The notes under the pieces were generated by a model, which had not been told where the DNA came from, made no database searches, and saw nothing but the letters and a program-made list of their open reading frames with translations. Below are positions 51,426 to 64,000 of a stretch of DNA of 64,000 nt, piece after piece. The stretch is taken from assembly GCF_009914755.1 (NCBI RefSeq), contig NC_060932.1; one strand, 5' to 3'. Position 1 is the stretch's first letter; each line of letters begins with the position of its first letter. Origin of the DNA: the human T2T-CHM13v2.0 reference genome, Homo sapiens. A program made the translations under genes and the position numbers.

Positions 51426-54400
51426 TGTACTTAGCCTTATTACAGCAAGAATCTAACACTGAATTTAATTATTGTCAAACTAAGTAAGGTTTAGCTAGTT
51501 AAGATTTAGTTACTTTTTGTGTACTCAGAGGACCTGAATGAATATATCCTGAATGAAGGGATGATAATATATCATTAGTATAAAATCGACAAGGAAGAGG
51601 TAAAACCTGATTATGGTTTAATTGTATTATCATTTATTTTTTTAATTTTTTTTGCTGATAATTGCACTTTTTCTTTTATTTGTGTGTAATAAAGAGTGAG
51701 CATTATAAGCAAAAATAGCTTTGGTTAGAATTTCAACATTAGAAAAGAAGAAAAAATTACTTAGCCTCTAGAAATTTACTAATGTGACTTTCCACATCTG
51801 TGTTGTGTATGTTGCTATTATAGGTCTTTCTATAACTTTAGGGTCAATGCTATGAGAATTGATCAGTGTAGCTTTTGTACAGTCATTTCCATTTTTAAGA
51901 TCATTAAAAGAACTGCTTTTGACTTCATTCTCCATTTCAAGAACTCTAAATCACACTTGAATGGACATTTACTTTATTCCGATGTTATTCAGGCATTCTA
52001 AGAGGCCTACTGAATGGCCTTCAAAAGGAAACTAACTACAGAAAGCAGGTATATGGATTTGAGTGTTCAATGAAAATGCTGGCCTATTTTTTAAATGTGA
52101 CTACTCATAAAATTAAGATACAATGGAATTATTTCTATGGTTAGTATTTGTCATTGACTGTAACATTACTAAGATTATAGGCAGATGAAGTGAAATACAA
52201 TAGTCTTTAAAACAATCTTGATTTTAAAAAGCCATGTCTTCATTTTGTACCCTTCAAAAAATTGCCATATTGTTTCCTTTCTAGACATTAAAGATTTCTG
52301 GGGTCATGGCCAATAAAGCAGATCTTGCTTATATGAAGAAAATATAAAATCATCCAGTTTGCTTTACATTATAGATGAAGATATTGAAGTACAAAGAGAG
52401 GCTAACCCAAGGACAAAAAAGTGGGTAATGGCAGAATAGCACTAGAAATCTCTTCTGAGTTTAACTAATGAACATAGGTCTCTAATTTTTTTGTGCATTT
52501 ATCAGAACTTAGTAACTGAGTCACAAAGGTAGGATATATCAGTTATTTGTTCTGTTTTGTCTTAGACCATAAGAACCTAGCTTTGAGAAACATTCCCTTC
52601 TCCATATAATGTTATACTTTCTGATGCAGCATGGATAGCCAGTAAAGACTAATAAAAGAAAATTTGAAGCAGTGATTTTTCAAAAGAAAGAAAAGAATGT
52701 CAAGAAATTATTATTGTGAAGGAGTAGGAATATACAGTGTCAATATATTAAGTAATTTTTGAAAGGAGATAGGGTATTTATTCATTAATAAATAGCTAGC
52801 ATAAGTCAAAAGTGTTTGCTGAATCTAAAGCATTAATTTCTGTACTTTTGAAAGGATCTAGTTACCATTCATTATTCTACCCACATATAATGGAAGCCAC
52901 TACATTTTTTTAGACCGAAATTTGAAAAATTTAAAATATGAAAAGTAAAATTTAATCCTAGATCATACATAACACACGAAAGAGTTCAAAGTTTATTTCT
53001 GGGTATTATTAATTATGTACCAGTTTAGGATTTTACAATCTCTGTAAATGTTATTTGTACAATATTGGTTGAAAAATTTAATAAAATCATGGCAACTTTA
53101 ATTAATTTCAGAAAATTCAAAATAGCCAAATGTCATCAAACTTCAACTGTTTGTTTATATTTAAAACTAAAAATCATTGAATTTTAATTTTTTCTCACTC
53201 CAGAATGCAATATTTTATTTTTCTTATCTATTTAGAAACAAAAGAGTAAAAGTAGATAGAAAAAATTAATATTATTCTTTTTTAATGTAACTTTTGGTAT
53301 ACAAAAGTACCTTGGAAAAATTGAAGATAGCATTTTACTATTATATTCAGTAGTCTAAAGGAAGACCTCAAGAGATAACCTGGTTCACAGGTGCACAACA
53401 GAGTAATAGTTAAAATAGAAAAGTTTTTAAATTAGATAACTTACTGGTTTTCACCAACTTTTATTGGTTGGAGTGTGTGAACTTTGGAACTCTTTATAGA
53501 ACTCCATGGTTTTCATATTCGTTATGCCTGCATGCATATATGTGTATAGATAATTGCTATGCCTTGCACCAAGGATATGAACTATGTAAAATTACTGTAG
53601 GAAGTTGTAAATGATGTATGAAATGAGAAATCTTTGCCCACTGGCAGTACATGGATAGAACAGAGATAGTGGCATGCAATCGCTTCTCTGTCATTTGTCA
53701 TAGTATTCATCTTATAAAAGGCAGAACATATCAATAAACCCAAAGTGTCAAACATGCATACTAAACAATATATTTCATTGCTCCCTTTTTAAATCCTACT
53801 CTTTTTAAAAAAACCAGTTTACAAAAACCTTTGTGCTCAAGGTAAATATGAAAATCTTCTATGTTAATGATTTTGATTACCCATTCAAAAATCTTAAATG
53901 CAAAAAATTCTAAATAACACAATACATATGTGCCTTTATACTTATATTCAGTATTGCAATTTTCCAGATTTGCCATCCAAGGTACACCTTTTTGTCAGGA
54001 CATAATAGAAGCTTTATCTGTAATGATTAACATACAACTATTTTAAAACATATGAGAGTAGAAGTGATATTTTCATTTTGTATCTTGATGTCTGAAAGAC
54101 TTCAGATTTCACCCACTGTTAACTGGCACAAGCAACAGAATCAACATTGTTCTTCTAAACTATTATTAATCTAAAATTATTGTGGCTGACTTCTCACTCT
54201 CACTGACCAATTCTCAAATCAGTTGCTTAATCAAACAATTGAGGTAATTAAACTTTTGCATATTCAATGCCATCTTGTCACAAAAGTCCCCAGTACCAGG
54301 AAAATCCAAACTTGAGAGCAAAAATTAAATGACAATACAAATGGTCTTCCAGATTCTGGATTGGCTTGTAAGAAGTTTGGAAGCCACCGCTCTATCCTAA

Positions 54401-54689
54401 CAACTAGCCAGAAGCTGAACGAACTGAAAAATCAACAACACTTCTGAGAGCCACAGAAGACATGAGACCACAGGGCAAACCTCTGCCTCCAAAATTGGAG
54501 AGACCAACAGGCAAATACAGAGAATTAAAACTTAGGGAAGAAGAAACCCACATGCTGAAACCTCCACAGGAACCAGTGCTGGGATAGGAAAATCCAAACT
54601 GTAGTTGATGAATTGCTGGAGATTCAGTGAAAACAAGTTTGAGAGATAAAAACTCCAGGGAGATCCAGTCAAGGGGTGAGAGAGATTTA

Positions 54690-54913
54690 TTTATTATAGC
54701 AGTGCAGTAAATACATTATAGTAATGTATTTACTATAGGTAATACTATAGGTAATATAATAATATATTACTATAATGTATATATTAGATATAATATACAT
54801 ATAAGTAATATAATAAATGCATATAGCATTTATTATATATAATGTGTATATAATAACATAAGTAATATAATAAATGCTTTATAGCATTTATTATAGCAGC
54901 GCTATAATAAATG
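54690..54913. repeat. AT-rich tract built from several perfect 13-bp-arm inverted repeats
   Basis: AGTAAATACATTA-tag-TAATGTATTTACT; ATATAATAAATGC-atata-GCATTTATTATAT; CATTTATTATAGC-agc-GCTATAATAAATG. Confidence 0.9.
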
Positions 54914-56100
54914 GTGCTGGGAAAACCGGATAACTAAATGCAGAAGAATGAGACCCCTATCTCTCACTATACACATAAATCAAATCAAAGTGAATTGAAG
55001 ACTTAATGTAAGACATCAAACTATAAAACTACTAGAAGAACACATTGAGGAAATGCTTCAGGACATTGGTCTGGGGAAAGATTTATTGTGTAAGACCTCA
55101 AAAGCACAGTCAAGCAAGTGAAAATGGACAATTGGGATTATATCAAGCTAAAAAGCTTCTGGAAGGCAAAGAAAACAATCAACAAAATGAAGAGATAACC
55201 CACAGAATGGGAAAAAATATTTGCAAACTTCCTACAGGACAAGGAATTAATGGCCAGAATATAGAAGGAGCTCAAATAACTGAATAGCAAAAGAAAAAAT
55301 AAAACAACAAATAGATTTAAAAATTGGCAAAACATCTGAACAGATATTTCTCAAAAGAAGACATAAAAATGGCCAACAGGTATATGAAAAATGTTCAGCA
55401 TCACTAATTATAGAAATGCAATCAAAACCACAATGAGATATCTCACTCCAGTTAAAATGACTTGTATCAAAAAAAGAGGTTATAAGAGATGCTGGCAATG
55501 ATGTGGAGAAAGGAGGACCCTCAAACACTGTGGTGGGAATGCAAATTAGTAGAACCACTATGGAGAACAGGATGGAGATTCCTCAAAAAGCTAAAACTAG
55601 AACTAGAATGTGAGCCAGCAATTCCACTACTGGGTATATATCTAAGGGAAAGGAAAATAATATATCAAAGAGATATTTGCACTTCCATATCTATTGTAGC
55701 ACTATTCACAATCGTCAAAATATGAAATTAACCTAAGTGCCCATCAACAAATGAATGAACAAAGTATGGTATTATGTACACCATTTTACTCAGCCATTAA
55801 AAATAATAACATTCTGTCATTTGCACCGACATTGATAGAACTGAAGTTGATTATGTTAAGTGAAATAAGCCAAGAACAGAAAGAAAAATATTGCAAGTTC
55901 TCAGTCATATGTGGAAATTAAGATATAAAACATGGCTCATAAAGATAAAGAGTAGAACAGTGATTACCAGAGGCCAGAAAGGGGAATAGGGTGAGGGGAA
56001 AAATAATTAAATGTACTTATTACCACTGAACCTCACACTTACAGATGGTAAAGATGCTAAATGATGTAAGTATATTTTATATTTAAAATGAAGTAAAATT
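54906..56100 (+). mobile_element. L1MA 3' portion (ORF2 end and 3'UTR)
   Basis: AATAAATGGTGCTGGGAAAAC...CAGGACATTGGTCTGGG...TATGTTAAGTGAAATAAGCCAAG... Confidence 0.9.
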
Positions 56101-56244
56101 TAAAAACACAAATCTAGAACACTATACTCAGTGAAGTTATCTTTCAAAAGTGAAGGAAAAATAAAAACTTTTTCAGACAAACAACATTGAAGACATTTGT
56201 TGCCAGTAGGCCTGCCTTGCAAGAAATTTTAAAAGCCGTTTAAA

Positions 56245-59180
<2,936 letters not shown>

Positions 59181-60716
59181 CCATAAATATTCTAGAGAAT
59201 AACATCCATAAAAACTCTTGTAGACATTGGCTTAGGCAAAGAGTTTATGACCAAGAACCCAAAAGCATATGCAACAAAAACAAAAATAAATAGAGTGGCA
59301 TAATTAAACTAAAAAGCTCCTGCGCAGCAAAATAAACAATCAGCAGAATAAACAGACAACCCACAAAGTGGAAGAAAATCTTCTCAAACTATGTGATATG
59401 GTTTGGCTTTGTGTCCCCACCCAAATCTCACCTTGAATTGTAATAATCCCTACATGTCAAGGGCAGGATGAAGTGGAGATAATTAAATCATGGGGGTGGT
59501 TTCTCCCATACTGTTCTCATGATAGTGAGTGACTTCTCACAAGATCTGATGGTTTTACAAGGGGCTCCCACCTTCACTCTGCTCTCATTCTCTCTCCTGC
59601 TGCCCTGTGAAGAGGTGCCTTCTGCCGTGATTATAAGTTTCTTGAGGCCTCCCCAGCGATGTGGAACTGTAAGTCAATTAAACCTTTTTTAAAAAATAAA
59701 TTACCCAGTCTCTGGTATCTCTTTACAGCAGTGTGAGAGTAGACTAATACACTATGTATCTGACAAGAACTAATATCCAGAATCTACAAAAAACTCAAAA
59801 AAATCAGCAACAAAAAAAACAACTAATTCCATCAAAAAGCAGGCAAAGGACATGAATAGACAATTCTCAAAAGAAGATATTCAAATGGCCAACAGACATA
59901 TGAAAACAATGTTCAATATCACTTATTATCAGGGAAGTGCAAAGTAAAACCACAATGAGATAACACTTTACTGCTGCAAGAATCACCATAATTTAAAAAT
60001 CAAAAAAGTAATAGATATTGGCATGGATGTGGTGAAAAGGGAACATTTACATTGCTGGTGGTAATATAAACTACTAAAATCACCATGGAAAACAGTATGG
60101 AGAGTTCTTAAAGAACTAAAAGTAGAACTACCATTGATTCAGCAATATCACTTCTGGGTATCTACCCAGAAGAAAAGGTGTCATTATATGAAAAAGACAC
60201 CACACATGCATGTTTATAGCAGCACAATTTGCAATTGCAAAAAATATAAAACCAGCCTAAATGCCCATCAGTCAACAGTGAATAAAGAAAATGTGGTGTG
60301 TGTGTACGTGTGTGTGTTTGTGTGTGTGTATGAGTATGTGTATGCACACATGATGGAATACTACTCAGCCATAAAAAGGAATGAAATAATGGCATTTGCA
60401 GTAACCCGGATGGGGTTGAAGACCATTATTCTAACTGAAGTAACTCAAGAATAGAAAACCAAATATCATATGCTCTCACTTAGAAGTGGGAGCTAAGCTA
60501 TGAGGGCACAAAGACATAAGAATGATATAATGGACGTTGGGGACTCCAGGGAAAGGGTGGGAGGGGAGTGAGGGATAAAATGATACACAATGGGCACCTT
60601 GTACACTGCTTGGGTGACGAGTGCACCAAAATCTCAGAAATCACTATTGAAAAACTTTTCCATGTGACCAAAAACCACGTGTTCCCCAAAAACTATTGAA
60701 ATACATAAAATAAAAT
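59181..60716 (+). mobile_element. L1PB 3' segment (ORF2 end and 3'UTR) interrupted by a THE1 LTR
   Basis: GACATTGGCTTAGGCAAAGAGTTTATGACCAAGAACCCAAAAGC...GAGTGCACCAAAATCTCAGAAATCAC...CCCCAAAAACTATTGAAAT. Confidence 0.93.
59394..59751 (+). mobile_element. MaLR solo LTR (THE1C/D-like) nested in L1PB
   Basis: TGATATGGTTTGGC...GACTAATACA with perfect TSD CTATG at 59389 and 59752. Confidence 0.95.
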
Positions 60717-60739
60717 AGTGGAGCATACTTTTAAGAAAT

Positions 60740-60792
60740 ATTCAGAGTAGATTTTAAATAGTCTCACCACAAAGAAATGATAAGTATATGAG

Positions 60793-60824
<32 letters not shown>

Positions 60825-60930
60825 TTAATTAGGCTGATTTGCTCACTTTACAATGTATATATGTATCATGGCATCACGTTGTACTCCATAAATATATACA
60901 ATTATTATTTGTCAATTAAAAGAAAAAGAA
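60740..60930 (+). mobile_element. L1MA 3'-end fragment with (TG)n, within the putative transduced segment
   Basis: AGAGTAGATTTTAAATAGTCTCACCACAAAGAAATGATAAGTAT...CATCACGTTGTACTCCATAAATATATACAATTATTATTTGTCAATTAAAA. Confidence 0.8.
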
Positions 60931-61342
60931 ATACTGTATCACCAATACATAGAACAATACTGTGTGGAAACACTTGGCCATTGATAACCAAGTCAAAAAT
61001 TGAGTCAGAAGAATTTGATACTTCATTTGAAGGAGTACTAGATACCATTTATTTCCCTTATGTATATGTACTTTATAGAAAGTATTTAAAAGAGTGATTT
61101 TACATTCTGTGTCTGAATATGTCTAAATACCAATGAGTATCAGATAAAAATTCTGTTTAAAAAAAGAAAGAAATAATATATGTCAGAAACTTGAATCAAT
61201 ATAAAAAGAGCATAGGAGAAAGAATAAGTGAAAGTAAAGTAAAAAGTTGGATATTTCTTATTTCTAATTAATCTGATAGATAACATTTTGCTCAAAATAA
61301 AGAAGGCAAAAATACATTTAATTATGTATGCATATATGTGTA

Positions 61343-61383
61343 GATATATATATATGTATATATGTGTGTGTGTGTGTGTGTGT
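61343..61383. repeat. (TA)n(TG)n compound microsatellite
   Basis: ATATATATATATGTATATATGTGTGTGTG... Confidence 0.9.
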
Positions 61384-61780
61384 TTATATACAAGTGAAAT
61401 GAATGGCTGCAGTAATACAAAAGACAAGAGGAAGAAGTTAGAATTATAAGATATTTGCATTACCCATGAAGCTGCATAGTGTTCTTTTAATGTGCATTTT
61501 GATTAGTTCTAAACATATATTAGAATAAGGGCAATCTCTTTAAAAAGTAAAAAAATAAAGAAATGTAACTGATATGCTAAGAAAGGAGATAAAACTGAAA
61601 TCATATTAAATGCTTAATTAAAACCAAAAAAAAAAAGAAAAATAGTGGAAGACAAAAATGGGAACAAAGGACAAGGTTAAAAAGTAGAAAAGAGTAAAAA
61701 ATATGATAAATATCAATCCAAGTATATTAATAATCACCTTAAATATCTATAGTCTAAGTGCACAGTTAAAAGACAGAGAT

Positions 61781-61913
61781 GGCCAGGCATGGTGGCCCAC
61801 CTCTGTAATCCCAGCACTTCAGGAGTCTGAGTCAGGTGGATTACTTCAGTCTGGGAGTTCAACACCAGCCTGAAAAACATGGAGAAAGCCTGTCTCTATT
61901 AAAAAAAAAAAAA
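61781..61913 (+). mobile_element. Alu left monomer (FLAM or truncated Alu)
   Basis: GGCCAGGCATGGTGGC...CCAGCCTG...CTGTCTCTATTAAAAAAAAAAAAA; no right monomer. Confidence 0.88.
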
Positions 61914-62297
61914 GCCATACATGATGGCACACAAATAAAACTGTCCCAATTTGCAGATGATGCAAGCGATTGTCTATGTAGAAAATCCAGAATAATTAAC
62001 CAGAAAAAGAAACCATTCTGGAACTAATAAGCAATTATAGGAAGGTAGCAGGATACAAGGCACATATACAAAGTCAACCACTTCCCTATACACCAGCAGT
62101 GAATAAGTGGAATTTCCAAATAAAATCAAAATGCTATTTACAATAGCACCCCCCAAAAAAATTAAAAATTTGAGCATAAATCTAACAAAATATGTGCAAT
62201 ATTTATTTGAGGAAAACTACAGAACTGTAATAAAATCAAGGAAGTACTATAATACATGAACGGAAAGAGATTTTTGTGTTCAAGTTTAAGAAGACAC

Positions 62298-63315
62298 CAA
62301 AATAGACAAATGGGATCTAATTAAACTAAAGAGCTTCTGCATGGCAAAAGAAACTACCATCAGAGTGAACAAGCAACCTACAGAATGGGAGAAAATGTTT
62401 GCAATCTACCCATCTGACAAAGGGCTAATATCCAGAAGCTACAAAGAACTTAAACAAATTTACAAGAAAAAAACAAACAAGCCCATCAAAAAGTGGGCAA
62501 AGGATATGAACAGACACTTCTCTAAAGAAGACATTTATGCAGCCAACAGACAGATGAAAAAATGCTCATCATCACTGGTCCTCAGAGAAATGCAAATCAA
62601 AAGTACAATGAGATATCATTTCACACCAGTTAGAATGGTGATCATTAAAAAGTCAGGAAACAACAGATGCTGGAGAGGATGTGGAGAAATAGGAATGCTT
62701 TTACACTGTTGGTGGGAGTGTAAATTAGTTCAACCATTGTGGAAGACTGTGGCAATTCCTCAAGGATCTAGAACTAGAAATACCATTTGACCCAGCGATC
62801 CTGTTACTGGATATATACCCAAAGGATTATAAATCATGCTCCTATAAAGACGCATGCACACATATGTTTATTGCAGCACTATTCACAATAGCAAAGACTT
62901 GAAACCAACCCAAATGTTCATCAATGATAGATTGGATTAAGAAAATGTAGCACATACACACCATAGAATACTATGCAGCCATAAAAAAGGATGATTTCAT
63001 GTGCTTTGCAGGGACATGGATGAAGCTGGAAACCATCATTCTCAGCAAACTATTGAAGGACTGAAAACCGAACACCACATGTTCTCACTCAGAGGTGGGA
63101 ATTCAAAAATGAGAACAATTGGACACAAGGTGGGGAACATCACACACCAGGGCCTGTCGCGGGGGTGGGGAGATGGGGGAGGGATAGCATTTGGAGAAAT
63201 GCCTAATGTAAATGATGAGTTGATGGGTGCAGCAAAACAACATGGCACATGTACACCTATGTAACAAACCTGCACGTTGTGCACATGTACCCTAGAACTT
63301 AAAGTACTAAAAAAA
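62298..63315 (+). mobile_element. L1PA (about L1PA6-8) 5'-truncated 1-kb insertion
   Basis: ORF 62341-62790 is the L1 ORF2 C-terminus ([25 protein letters not shown]); 3'UTR ends CACATGTACCCTAGAACTTAAAG; TSD AAGT(T/A)TAAGAAGACAC at 62282 and 63314. Confidence 0.95.
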
Positions 63316-63555
63316 GTATAAGAAGACACAATATTGTCACAATGCCAATTCTTTCAAACTGAATCTATAGAGTCAATGCAATTTTAATTAAAGACTTAGC
63401 AAGTTATTTTAAGGATATTAACAAACTAATTGTAAAGCTTATATGGAGAGATAAAAGACCCTGATAAGCCAACACAATACTGAAGAGGAATAAAGTTGGA
63501 GGACTGATTTCAAGGCTTACTATCAAGCTACAGTAATCAAGATAGTGTGGTATTG

Positions 63556-63850
<295 letters not shown>

Positions 63851-64000
63851 GATATAGTATTGGCAAAAGAATACGCAAATAGATCAATGGAACAGAATAA
63901 AGAGCAGATGGAGACTCACATACATATAGTCACCTAATCTTTGACAAAGGAGCAGAGACAATATAGAGGGGAAAAGATAGTCTTTTCTACAAATGGTGCT

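Overview
AT-rich, CpG-poor primate (human-like) non-coding DNA, either intergenic or deep intronic. I found no intact protein-coding gene, RNA gene, CpG island or CRISPR array. The one gene-derived feature is a 5'-truncated processed pseudogene of mitochondrial ribosomal protein L9 (MRPL9; minus strand, ~28141-29226). It has a poly(A) remnant and a 19-bp target-site duplication and sits inside an ancient L3/CR1 LINE. From memory (unverified), human MRPL9P1 lies at 8q21 near ZFHX4/ZFHX4-AS1, which would fit the long repeat-poor stretches that may hold conserved enhancers. The rest is mostly interspersed repeats: Alus, MIRs, L2, L3, L1M/L1PB/L1PA, MaLR and ERVL LTRs, hAT MITEs and half a MADE1. 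The most interesting observations are mutational-mechanism signatures rather than a new biological system: an L1PB insertion combining a twin-priming 5' inversion with an apparent ~440-bp 3' transduction, two short dispersed direct duplications, a chain of fold-back hairpins at an L1 5' junction, and a decayed palindrome resembling an ancient amniote DNA transposon. Repeat subfamily names come from recalled consensus sequences and the boundaries of old repeats are approximate.
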